A DNA stretch of 64,000 nt, from NCBI GenBank assembly GCA_046484865.1, contig JAWOID010000061.1:1-64000 (forward strand), in the 5' to 3' direction. Shown piece by piece: positions 29,591 through 38,625 of this stretch. Under the pieces are notes generated by a model, which searched no databases, had not been told where the DNA came from, and saw only the letters and a program-made list of their open reading frames with translations. The position numbers and the translations under genes are program-made. Source of the stretch: Candidatus Krumholzibacteriia bacterium (GTDB lineage Bacteria > Krumholzibacteriota > Krumholzibacteriia > LZORAL124-64-63). Numbering within the stretch: position 1 is the first letter of the stretch; each line of letters begins with the position of its first letter.

Positions 29591-31114
29591 GTGTTCGAGT
29601 TCAAGCTGCCCGACCTCGGCGAGGGGATCCACGAGGGCGAGATCCTGAAGTGGCACGTTCGAGAGGGCGACACGGTGGTCGAGGATGCGCCGCTCGTCGA
29701 CGTGGAGACGGACAAGGCGGCGGTCACCATTCCCAGCCCCCGCGGCGGCAAGGTGATGGCAGTGAACGGCCAGGTGGGCGACATCGTCAATGTGGGCGAC
29801 GTGGTGACGGTGATCGACGACGGCCGCGACGCGGACGCTCCGGCGCCGGCGGCGCAGCCCGCCGAGCCCGGGCCGGTGCCGCCGATGGCCGGCCCGGACG
29901 ATCGGCGCGTCGCGGAGGAGGCCCCGCCGCTGCCCGAGGACGAGACGGAGCCGGAGCAGCGCGCCGCCGTCGCCGCCCGCCGCGAGACAGGCGAAACTCG
30001 CGCGGCCGGCGAGCCCGGCGAGACGAAGGTCGCCGCGCCCGCCGGACCGGCACCCGCAACCGCCGTCGGCACCGGCCCCGCCCCGGCGCCGCCGCCAGCC
30101 GCCCGGCGCCGGCCCGTTCCCGCCACCCCCGCCACGCGGCGCCTGGCCCGCGAGCTGGGCGTGGACGTGAACCAGGTGCCGCCCACCGGTCCGGGCGGTC
30201 GCGTGATCCCCGACGACGTGCACCGCTTCGTCGCCGGCTCTCCTGCTCCCGCTGCGGCCGCAGAGCAGGCCGCTGCCGACCCGGCGGCGACGCCTCACGT
30301 GGTCGCCCGCCAGGTGCGCGACGACACGGCCTTCGCCGAGTTCGCCGCCCACGCCGCGGCCACCATCCCGTTCCTGGAACTGGAGCCGCTGCCGGATTTC
30401 GGCAAGGAGGGCCCGGTGGAGATCGAGCCGCTGCGCTCGATACGGCGCAAGGTGGCGCGCAAGATGGTCACCAGCATGACGCTGATCCCCCACGTGGCGC
30501 ACATGGACGATGCCGACGTCACGGCGCTCGACGATTTCCGCCGCCGCGAGAAGGACCGGCGCCACGGTCAGGCGGGGGGCCATCTCACCCTGCTCGCGTT
30601 CGTGATGAAGGCGGTGACGGCCGGCCTGAAGGCGACGCCGTCGTTCAACGCCAGTCTCGATCCGTTCCGGGAAGAGATCGTCTACAAGAGGTACTACAAC
30701 ATCGGCTTCGCGGCGGACACCGGACGCGGACTCGTGGTGCCGGTGGTGCGGGACACCGACCGCAAGAGCATCGTCCAGATCTCCGACGACGTCGCGGAGA
30801 AGGCGCGGCTGGCCCGCGAAGGTACCCTTCCCGCCGACCAGATGCGGGGCGGCACCTTCACCATCACCAACGTGGGACCGCTGGGCGGCACGGCGCTGCT
30901 GCCCACCATCAACTACCCCGAGGTCGCCATCCTGGGCATGGGCAAGGTGCAGGACAAGCCCGTGGTCCGCGACGGCGAGATCGTCATCCGCAGGATCCTG
31001 CCCCTGACGCTGGCCTTCGACCACCGGATCGCCGACGGCGCCGACGCCGCCCGCTTCGTGGCCGAACTGGTGCGCCAGCTCTCCGATCCCAACCTGCTGC
31101 TGCTGGAGACCTGA
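29591..31114 (+). CDS. pdhC: Dihydrolipoamide acyltransferase E2 (one lipoyl domain)
   Basis: FKLPDLGEGIHEG, VETDKA, ATPATRRLARELGVD, DHRIADG motifs. Confidence 0.93.
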   Translation: MFEFKLPDLGEGIHEGEILKWHVREGDTVVEDAPLVDVETDKAAVTIPSPRGGKVMAVNGQVGDIVNVGDVVTVIDDGRDADAPAPAAQPAEPGPVPPMAGPDDRRVAEEAPPLPEDETEPEQRAAVAARRETGETRAAGEPGETKVAAPAGPAPATAVGTGPAPAPPPAARRRPVPATPATRRLARELGVDVNQVPPTGPGGRVIPDDVHRFVAGSPAPAAAAEQAAADPAATPHVVARQVRDDTAFAEFAAHAAATIPFLELEPLPDFGKEGPVEIEPLRSIRRKVARKMVTSMTLIPHVAHMDDADVTALDDFRRREKDRRHGQAGGHLTLLAFVMKAVTAGLKATPSFNASLDPFREEIVYKRYYNIGFAADTGRGLVVPVVRDTDRKSIVQISDDVAEKARLAREGTLPADQMRGGTFTITNVGPLGGTALLPTINYPEVAILGMGKVQDKPVVRDGEIVIRRILPLTLAFDHRIADGADAARFVAELVRQLSDPNLLLLET

Positions 31115-31130
31115 GCCGAGGAGTGCCTTG

Positions 31131-32582
31131 ATGGTCATGGGAAGCCTGCGCGAGGAGACCGAGGTGCTGGTCATCGGCGGCGGCCCGGGCGGCTACGTGG
31201 CCGCCCTGCGGCTGGCCGACCTGGGCAAGGAGGTGCTCCTGGTGGAGGAGCGCGAGCGCCCCGGCGGCACCTGCCTGCTGGAGGGATGCATCCCGTCCAA
31301 GGCCCTGATCAACGCGGTGGAGGTGAAGGAAGCGGCGCTGGCTGCGAGCAAACTGGGCCTCAGCTTCAGCGACGTGCGGCTGGACCTCGACCGCCTGCGC
31401 AGCTGGACCGACTCCGTGGTGGACGGTCTGGTCACCGGCATCCAGGGCCTGCTCGCACGCCGTGGCGTGGAGATCGTGCGCGGCCGGGCGCGCTTCACCG
31501 GCAGCACCAGCGTGTCGGTGGAGGGCGGCGAGGTCAGCGGCATCGATTTCCAGACCGCCATCATCGCCACCGGTTCGGCGCTGAACCGGTTGCCGGAGGG
31601 GATCGTCTCCTCGGTGTGGTCGAGCGGCGAGGCCCTGCGCCTGCCGCGGGTCCCGGAATCGCTGCTGGTGGTGGGCGGCGGCTACATCGGCCTGGAGATG
31701 GGCCTGGTCTACCAGGGTCTGGGCAGCAAGGTCTCGGTGGTGGAGTTCTTCCCGCGCCTGCTCATGGGCGCCGATCCCGACCTGGTGGAGGTGATGGTCC
31801 GCCAGGTCCGCACGAGGCTGGACGAGATCCTGGTGGACTCGCAGGTGCGCGCCATCCGCGAGGCGTCCGGCGGCGGCTTCGACGTGACCATCGACCACCG
31901 GGGCGAGACCCGCGACCACCACTACGAGCAGGTGCTGGTGGCGATCGGCCGGCGCCCCAACACCGACGACCTCGGTCTGGAGCACACGCAGGTGGTCGTG
32001 GACGAGCGCGGGGTCATCCGCACCGACAGCGAGTGCCGGACCGACGACCCTCGCCTCTTCGCCATCGGCGACGTGACGGCCGGACCCATGCTGGCCCACA
32101 AGGCGACTCGCGAGGGCAAGGTGGCCGCCGAGGTCATCGCCGACCACAGGTCCGAGTTCGACAATCGCGCCATTCCGGCCGTGGTCTTCACCGACCCGGA
32201 GATCGCCTGGACCGGTCTCACCGAGACCGAGGCGGAACAGGAGGGGATAGCGGTGGCGGTGGGACGCTTCCCGCTCGCCGCCCTGGGCCGCGCCCGCACG
32301 CTGGGCCGCACCGACGGCCTGGTGAAGATCATCACCGAGCCGGGCACCGGCCGCGTGCTGGGCGTCGGCATGGTGGGACCCATGGCCAGCGAGCTGATCG
32401 CCGAGGGAACCCTGGCCGTGGAGATGGGCGCCACGCTCGAGGACCTCATGGTGACCATCCACCCCCATCCCACGCTCTCGGAGGCCATCATGGAGGCAGC
32501 CGAAGTGGCCGCCGGCGCGGCCATCCACGTGAATCCCGCCCGTCGTCGGAAAACGAAGGACGAGGGAGCGACCGACGCGTGA
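31131..32582 (+). CDS. lpdA: Dihydrolipoyl dehydrogenase E3 (copy 1)
   Basis: GGGPGGY, GGTCLLEGCIPSK, GGGYIGLE, HPHPTLSE motifs. Confidence 0.95.
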   Translation: MVMGSLREETEVLVIGGGPGGYVAALRLADLGKEVLLVEERERPGGTCLLEGCIPSKALINAVEVKEAALAASKLGLSFSDVRLDLDRLRSWTDSVVDGLVTGIQGLLARRGVEIVRGRARFTGSTSVSVEGGEVSGIDFQTAIIATGSALNRLPEGIVSSVWSSGEALRLPRVPESLLVVGGGYIGLEMGLVYQGLGSKVSVVEFFPRLLMGADPDLVEVMVRQVRTRLDEILVDSQVRAIREASGGGFDVTIDHRGETRDHHYEQVLVAIGRRPNTDDLGLEHTQVVVDERGVIRTDSECRTDDPRLFAIGDVTAGPMLAHKATREGKVAAEVIADHRSEFDNRAIPAVVFTDPEIAWTGLTETEAEQEGIAVAVGRFPLAALGRARTLGRTDGLVKIITEPGTGRVLGVGMVGPMASELIAEGTLAVEMGATLEDLMVTIHPHPTLSEAIMEAAEVAAGAAIHVNPARRRKTKDEGATDA

Positions 32583-33304
32583 ACGAGACCGGTCCGGACA
32601 GCCACGCGGCCGCGGACGAGCTCTCCCCCTACGCCCACGACGAGGCGTTGCTCGCCGCCGTGCGCGCCGACGGCGCGCCTGCGGTGAGCGTCCACCGGCC
32701 TCCCGGCCCGGCGGTCGTGCTGGGGCGCGGTGGCCGGCTGGAGCTGGAGGTGCACGCCGACCGGGTGCTGGCGGACGGCGTGCCGCTCCTGCGCCGCCGC
32801 GGCGGCGGCTGCGCCGTGGTCCTGGACCCCGGCAACGTCGTGGTCTCGCTGGCCATGCCCCTGGCCGGCATCGGCGGCATCACCACGGCTTTCCGGCTCG
32901 CCAGCGCCTGGGTGGCCGCCCAGCTCGAGCGGTGCGGCGTGAGCGACGTCCGCCAGGAGGGGGTCAGCGACCTGGCGGTGGGCGACCGGAAGCTGGGCGG
33001 CTCCTGCATCTGGCGCACCCGCGGGCTGCTCCACTACAGCACCACGGTGCTGGTGGCGCCCGACCTGGCGCTGATCGACCGCTACCTCCCCCATCCGCCT
33101 CGCGAGCCGGCCTACCGCCGGGGTCGCCCCCACCGCGACTTCCTCACCAGCGTCACCGCCGCCGCGTCGACGCCCGGAGCGCCGGTGCGAGCCGCCGAGT
33201 TCGCGGTGCAGCTCGAGACAGTCGTTCGGGCCGACCTCCCCGCACTCTTGCATCTGCTGAACGGGGGCGTCCTCCACGATACCCGCCGCACGACCCGGAG
33301 CTGA
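32579..33304 (+). CDS. Lipoate-protein ligase A family (catalytic domain only)
   Basis: AVVLGR, LRRRGGGCAVVLDPG, SDLAVGDRKLGG, HPPREPAYR.GR.H motifs. GTGA overlap with lpdA. Confidence 0.85.
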   Translation: MNETGPDSHAAADELSPYAHDEALLAAVRADGAPAVSVHRPPGPAVVLGRGGRLELEVHADRVLADGVPLLRRRGGGCAVVLDPGNVVVSLAMPLAGIGGITTAFRLASAWVAAQLERCGVSDVRQEGVSDLAVGDRKLGGSCIWRTRGLLHYSTTVLVAPDLALIDRYLPHPPREPAYRRGRPHRDFLTSVTAAASTPGAPVRAAEFAVQLETVVRADLPALLHLLNGGVLHDTRRTTRS

Positions 33305-33426
33305 ATTCACTTTCGGGTTTTCTCGTACGGTGATGAATGTTAACATCCGCTCCACCCGTCTGGCGACACCACCATCGCGAAGCGTATGGAAACCCGATGT
33401 GAACCGGCCCGCGAGGTGAATCGATC

Positions 33427-34116
33427 ATGACCACTCCCCCCGGCAGCGCCAGCACCGAGACCGCCACGACGCGGATCCTCATCGTGGACGATCATCCGCT
33501 GATCCGGACGGCGCTGCGCACGCTGTTCGAACTGGAGGGTGACCTCGAGGTCTGCGCCGAGGCCGAGGACGTGGAGGAAGCCTTGACCGCGGTGCGGGAG
33601 TGCCGCCCGCATCTCGTGCTCGTGGACCTCTCGCTCCGCCGCAGCCACGGGCTCGACCTGATCAAGCGGCTGCGCTCCGAGCACCCCGACGTGCTCATGC
33701 TGGCCGTTTCGATGCACGACGAGTTCACCTACGCCACCCGGGTACTTCGTGCCGGTGCCAACGGCTACATCATGAAGGCCGAGGGGAACGGCAACGTGCT
33801 GGCCGCCGTCCGGACGGTCCTGTCCGGCCGCACCTTCCTCAGCGAGGCCATGACCCGCGCCGCCGTCGACCAGCTCGGCAAGGGGCTGACCCCGCATGCC
33901 GCGCCGGTGGACGTGCTGAGCGATCGGGAGCTGCAGCTGTTCGAGTTGACCGGCCACGGCAAGGAGATCGCCGAGATCGCCGCGATCATGGCCATCAGTC
34001 CCCGCACCGTGGAGGTGCACCGTTCACACATCAAGAAGAAGCTGCAACTGAAGTCGGGCACCGACATCTTCCAGCGCGCCTACGAGTGGCTGCGGGAGAT
34101 GGGCGTGCAGCCATGA
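33427..34116 (+). CDS. NarL/LuxR-family DNA-binding response regulator
   Basis: ILIVDDHPL, VSMHDE, LSDRELQ, ISPRTVEVHR.HIKKKL motifs. Confidence 0.93.
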   Translation: MTTPPGSASTETATTRILIVDDHPLIRTALRTLFELEGDLEVCAEAEDVEEALTAVRECRPHLVLVDLSLRRSHGLDLIKRLRSEHPDVLMLAVSMHDEFTYATRVLRAGANGYIMKAEGNGNVLAAVRTVLSGRTFLSEAMTRAAVDQLGKGLTPHAAPVDVLSDRELQLFELTGHGKEIAEIAAIMAISPRTVEVHRSHIKKKLQLKSGTDIFQRAYEWLREMGVQP

Positions 34117-34131
34117 CACGCCTGCCGGCGG

Positions 34132-34159
34132 TTGCCTGACGCTCGAATCCCGCTATCCT
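34132..34159 (+). promoter_or_regulatory. Candidate promoter TTGCCT-N16-TATCCT for the aceE operon
   Basis: Sigma70-like hexamers upstream of aceE. Confidence 0.4.
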
Positions 34160-34314
34160 GGGCGCAGTCACGCGAACGACAAGCACATCTCATCCGCGGG
34201 ACGGATGGGGACCGCAGCAGGCCGGTCGACCGGCATCCGGGCGCTCGCCGTCCCGGGGTGCGGTCTGGCCCGGCCGCCGCCCGCGTCCCGCGCAGCACCC
34301 GGAAGTGGGGTCTC

Positions 34315-37032
34315 ATGGCCACCGTGGACAGGAATGCCGGCGCTGGGGAGCACGAACCGCCGGCGCAGGAGCAGGTGCGGGAGATCGAGAACCGGGAGTG
34401 GCGCGAGTCGCTGGACTACGTGCTACGCGAGCAGGGTCCCGACCGCGTGCGGGAGATCCTGCGCCTGCTGCAGTCGCGGGCGCAGAGGCGCGGCGTGAGC
34501 ATCCCGTTCACTGCCAACACCCCCTACATCAACAGCATCCCGCGCGAGCAACAACCGGTCTTCCCGGGCAACCGCGACATCGAGCGCCGGATCAAGAGCA
34601 TCATCCGCTGGAATGCCATGGCCATGGTGGTGCGCGCCAACCGCGAGCTGGCGGGAATCGGCGGCCACATCTCCACCTATGCCTCGGCGGCCACGCTGTG
34701 GGAGGTGGGCTTCAATCATTTCTGGCGCGCCCGCACCGACGAATTCCTGGGCGACATGATCTACTTCCAGGGCCACGCGGCGCCGGGCGTGTACGCGCGG
34801 GCGTATCTCGAAGGACGGCTCGACGACCGCGATCTGCAGAACTTCCGGCGCGAGCTCTCCGAGGGCGGCGGCCTGTCGTCGTATCCGCACCCCTTCCTGA
34901 TGCCCGATTTCTGGGAGTTCCCCACCGTGAGCATGGGGCTGGCGGCGATCACGGCCATCTACCAGGCGCGCTTCAACCACTACCTGGCCGACCGCGGCTT
35001 GCGCGAGGCGAGCGGCCGCAAGGTCTGGGCGCTGCTGGGCGACGGCGAGATGGACGAACCCGAATCCCTGGGCGCCATCACCCTGGCCGCCCGCGAGAAG
35101 CTCGACAACCTCATCTTCGTCATCAACTGCAACCTGCAGCGGCTGGACGGACCGGTGCGCGGCAACGGCAAGGTCATCCAGGAACTGGAGGCCGCCTTCC
35201 GGGGCGCCGGCTGGAACGTGATCAAGGTGATCTGGGGCGACGACTGGGACCGCCTGCTGGAGCGAGACCCGACCGGACTGCTGGTGCAGCGGATGGAGGA
35301 GGTCCTCGACGGCGAGATGCAGGGCTACACCGTGTCCAGCGGCGCCTTCGTGCGCGAGCACTTCTTCGGCAAGTACCCCGAGCTGCTGGAGCTGGTGCGG
35401 GACCACAGCGACGACCAGATCCGCAAGCTGCGACGCGGCGGCCACGATCCCGCCAAGGTGTTCGCCGCCTACCGGTCCGCGGTCGAGCACGAGGGCTCGC
35501 CCACGGTGATCCTGGCGCAGACCGTCAAGGGCTACGGACTCGGCGAGGCCGGCGAGGGCAAGAACATCACCCACAGCCAGAAGAAGCTCAACGAGGCCGA
35601 GCTGAAGGAGTTCCGCACCCGCTTCAACATTCCCGTGAGTGACGACGACATCGCCGAGGCGCCGTTCTACCGCCCCGACGCGGACAGCCCGGAGATGCTG
35701 TACCTCAAGGACCGACGCGCGAAGCTCGGCGGCTACCTGCCGGCCCGCCGGGTGCTCTCCCGGCCGCAGGCCTGCCAGACCGAGGAGGTCTTCCGCGAGT
35801 ACTTCGACGGCTCCGGCGACCGCGAGGTGGCCACCACCATGATCATGGTCCACATGATCGGCAAGCTCCTGCGCATGCCCGAATTCGGCAAGTTCGTCGT
35901 CCCCATCGTACCCGACGAGGCGCGCACCTTCGGCATGGAGTCGCTGTTCCGGCAGGCCGGGATCTACAGCCACGCGGGACAGCTCTACGATCCCGTGGAC
36001 AAGGGGAGCCTCCTCTTCTACAACGAGAAGAAGAGCGGCCAGATCCTCGAGGAGGGGATCAGCGAGGCCGGGGCCATGGCCAGCTTCATCGCCGCGGGCA
36101 CCAGCTATGCCAGCAACGCGGTGCCCGCCATCCCGTTCTACCTCTTCTACTCCATGTTCGGCTTCCAGCGCGTCGGCGACCTGATCTGGTCGGCCTGCGA
36201 CAACCGCGCGCGCGGGTTCCTGGTGGGCGCCACGGCCGGACGCACCACCCTCTCCGGCGAGGGGCTGCAGCACCAGGACGGGCACAGTCACGTGCTGGCC
36301 CTGCCGCCCACCACGGTGCGGGCCTACGACCCCGCCTTCGCCTACGAGCTGGCCACGATCGTGCACGACGGCCTGACGCGCATGTTCTGCGACGAGGAGA
36401 ACTGGATCTATTACCTCACGGTGATGAACGAGACCTACCGGATGCCGCCCATGCCGCAGGAGGAGGGCGTTCGCGAGGGGATCGTCAAGGGGATGTACCG
36501 CTACCGCCGCAGCGAGGTGAAGGGACGCAGCCGCAAGCCGCGGGCCCATCTCCTGGGCAGCGGCGCCATCCTGAACGAGGTGATCGCCGCACAGGAGTTG
36601 CTGGCGCAGGAGTACGACGTGGCCGCGGACGTGTGGAGCGTGACCAGCTACAAGGAGCTGTACCGCGACGCCGTGGAGGTGGAGCGCTGGAACTTCCTGC
36701 ACCCGGGCGAGCAGCCGCGGGCGCCGTACGTCAGCAGGCTGCTGGCGAAGGAGAAGGGCGTGTTCGTGGCGGCCAGCGACTACATGAAGGTGCTGCCCGC
36801 CAGCATCGCGAAGTGGCTCCCGGGCCCGCTGCACTGCCTGGGGACCGACGGCTTCGGACGCAGCGACGGCCGGGTCCAGCTGCGCGACTTCTTCGAGGTG
36901 GACCGTCGTTACGTCGCCCTGGCCGCCCTGCGGCAGCTGGCCGACGCCGGCGAGCTGGACCCCGCGCTGGTGCAGCAGGCGATCGAGGACCTGGAGATCG
37001 ATCCCGACAAGCTGAACCCGCACATCGACTGA
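34315..37032 (+). CDS. aceE: Pyruvate dehydrogenase E1, homodimeric type
   Basis: IRWNAMAMV, GGHISTYAS, LSSYPHP, GDGEMDEPES, NCNLQRLDGPVRGNGK, PDEARTFGME, GEGLQH.DG, LGTDGFGRSD motifs. Confidence 0.97.
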   Translation: MATVDRNAGAGEHEPPAQEQVREIENREWRESLDYVLREQGPDRVREILRLLQSRAQRRGVSIPFTANTPYINSIPREQQPVFPGNRDIERRIKSIIRWNAMAMVVRANRELAGIGGHISTYASAATLWEVGFNHFWRARTDEFLGDMIYFQGHAAPGVYARAYLEGRLDDRDLQNFRRELSEGGGLSSYPHPFLMPDFWEFPTVSMGLAAITAIYQARFNHYLADRGLREASGRKVWALLGDGEMDEPESLGAITLAAREKLDNLIFVINCNLQRLDGPVRGNGKVIQELEAAFRGAGWNVIKVIWGDDWDRLLERDPTGLLVQRMEEVLDGEMQGYTVSSGAFVREHFFGKYPELLELVRDHSDDQIRKLRRGGHDPAKVFAAYRSAVEHEGSPTVILAQTVKGYGLGEAGEGKNITHSQKKLNEAELKEFRTRFNIPVSDDDIAEAPFYRPDADSPEMLYLKDRRAKLGGYLPARRVLSRPQACQTEEVFREYFDGSGDREVATTMIMVHMIGKLLRMPEFGKFVVPIVPDEARTFGMESLFRQAGIYSHAGQLYDPVDKGSLLFYNEKKSGQILEEGISEAGAMASFIAAGTSYASNAVPAIPFYLFYSMFGFQRVGDLIWSACDNRARGFLVGATAGRTTLSGEGLQHQDGHSHVLALPPTTVRAYDPAFAYELATIVHDGLTRMFCDEENWIYYLTVMNETYRMPPMPQEEGVREGIVKGMYRYRRSEVKGRSRKPRAHLLGSGAILNEVIAAQELLAQEYDVAADVWSVTSYKELYRDAVEVERWNFLHPGEQPRAPYVSRLLAKEKGVFVAASDYMKVLPASIAKWLPGPLHCLGTDGFGRSDGRVQLRDFFEVDRRYVALAALRQLADAGELDPALVQQAIEDLEIDPDKLNPHID

Positions 37033-37048
37033 CGGCCGGGAGGAGAGC

Positions 37049-38620
37049 ATGGCGCAAGCGATCAAGGTTCCGGAGGTCTCCGAGGGCGTCACCGAGGGGA
37101 CGGTCATCAGCCTGGCGGTGGCCGAGGGCGACGCCGTGGAAGCCGACCAGACGCTGCTGGAACTGGAGACCGACAAGGCCGTGGTGGCCCTGCCCGCCCC
37201 GTTCGCCGGCCGTATCACCGCCATCAAGGTGAGCGAGGGCGATGTCGTGCAGGTGGGCCAGGTGGTGATGGAAGGCGAGCCTTCCGGCGACGGCGCCGGC
37301 GCTCCCGCCGTCGAGACGGGCGAGGCCGAGGCGGGCCCCGCCCGGACCGAGCCCAAGGAGTCGGCCAGCGCCATGGCCGGCGCGAACGCCGAGGCCGCGG
37401 GCGAGCGCGCCGCCCGGGAGGCGGCCGACCAGCCGGTGGAGACGCAGGACGTCCCGGCAGCAAAGGCGCCGCCACCCGAGGAACCGCCGCGCGAGGACCC
37501 CGGCGAGCAGCCGCCTCGAAAGGAGCCGCCTCCCGAGGAACCGCCCCGCGAGGAGCCGCCTGCCGAGGAACCGCCCCGCAAGGAGCCCGGCGAGCAGCCG
37601 CCCCGCAAGGAGCCGCCCCCCGAGGAACCCGATCAGCGGCCGGCCACGGGCGATGCGGACCTCACGACCGCCCGCCAGGGCGACGAGGTGGCTCCGGCGG
37701 CGCCGTCGGTGCGCCGCCTGGCACGCGAGCTCGGGGTCGACATCTACCAGGTGCCCGGCTCCGGCCCCGGCGGCCGCATCGCCGAGGACGACGTGCGCGG
37801 CTTCGTGAAGCAGGCCATGGAGCAGCTCGACGGCTTCCAGGCACAGGTGGCCGCCGGCGCCGCGCCCCCGGGCGGCGTGGGCTTGTCGGCGGCGCGCCCG
37901 CTGCCTGACTTCACCCGCTGGGGCGAGGTGGAACGCCAGCCGCTGAGCCGCATCCGCGAGCTCACCGGCGAGGCGATGTCCACCACCTGGGCCACCATCC
38001 CGATGGTCACGCAGTACGACCGCGCCGACATCACCGCCGTCGAGGAATTTCGCGAGCAGCAGAACCGGCGGGCTCCGGACGACGCCAAGGTCACCATGAC
38101 CGCCATCCTCCTGAAGGTCTGCGCCGCGGCGATGAAGGCCTTCCCCCAGGTGAACAGCAGCCTCGATCCGGCGGCACGGGAGCTGGTGCTCAAGAAGTAC
38201 GTTCACGTGGGCGTGGCGGTGGACACGCCGCACGGCCTGCTGGTGCCGGTCGTGCGCGACGTGGACCGCAAGGGGATCGGACATCTGGCGCGCGAGCTGA
38301 ACGAGCTGGCCGGACGCACCCGCGAACGCAAGGTGAAGCCGGAGGAGATGGAGGGCGGCACCTTCACCATCAGCAACCTGGGCGGCATCGGCGGCACCGC
38401 CTTCACGCCGCTGGTGTACGCGCCGCAGGCGGCCATCCTGGGCGTGTCGCGGGCGGAGATGATGCCCGTGTGGGACGGTCAAGGGTTCCATCCTCGCCTG
38501 ATGCTGCCGCTCTCGCTCACCTACGACCACAGGATCGTCGACGGCGCCGACGGTGCGCGCATCCTGCGCTGGATCTGTCGCGCCCTGGAACAACCCCTGC
38601 ACCTGGTCCTGGAGGGCTGA
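37049..38620 (+). CDS. aceF: Dihydrolipoamide acetyltransferase E2 with a Pro/Glu repeat linker
   Basis: LETDKA, AAPSVRRLARELGVD, VAVDTPHGLLVPV, YDHRIVDGAD motifs. Confidence 0.93.
   Translation: MAQAIKVPEVSEGVTEGTVISLAVAEGDAVEADQTLLELETDKAVVALPAPFAGRITAIKVSEGDVVQVGQVVMEGEPSGDGAGAPAVETGEAEAGPARTEPKESASAMAGANAEAAGERAAREAADQPVETQDVPAAKAPPPEEPPREDPGEQPPRKEPPPEEPPREEPPAEEPPRKEPGEQPPRKEPPPEEPDQRPATGDADLTTARQGDEVAPAAPSVRRLARELGVDIYQVPGSGPGGRIAEDDVRGFVKQAMEQLDGFQAQVAAGAAPPGGVGLSAARPLPDFTRWGEVERQPLSRIRELTGEAMSTTWATIPMVTQYDRADITAVEEFREQQNRRAPDDAKVTMTAILLKVCAAAMKAFPQVNSSLDPAARELVLKKYVHVGVAVDTPHGLLVPVVRDVDRKGIGHLARELNELAGRTRERKVKPEEMEGGTFTISNLGGIGGTAFTPLVYAPQAAILGVSRAEMMPVWDGQGFHPRLMLPLSLTYDHRIVDGADGARILRWICRALEQPLHLVLEG
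37469..37631 (+). repeat. About 5 imperfect 30-bp (10-aa) coding tandem repeats in the aceF linker
   Basis: PPPEEPPRED/PGEQPPRKE/PPPEEPPREE/PPAEEPPRKE/PGEQPPRKE/PPPEEP. Confidence 0.8.
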
Positions 38621-38625
38621 CCACG

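Noticed and set aside
34423..37608. 1061-aa minus-strand ORF and similar long antisense ORFs (28394-31174, 41739-44714, 56509-59835, 1910-3988, 47343-49436)
   Set aside because: Shadow ORFs opposite well-supported genes, expected from high GC3 bias; no motifs of their own.
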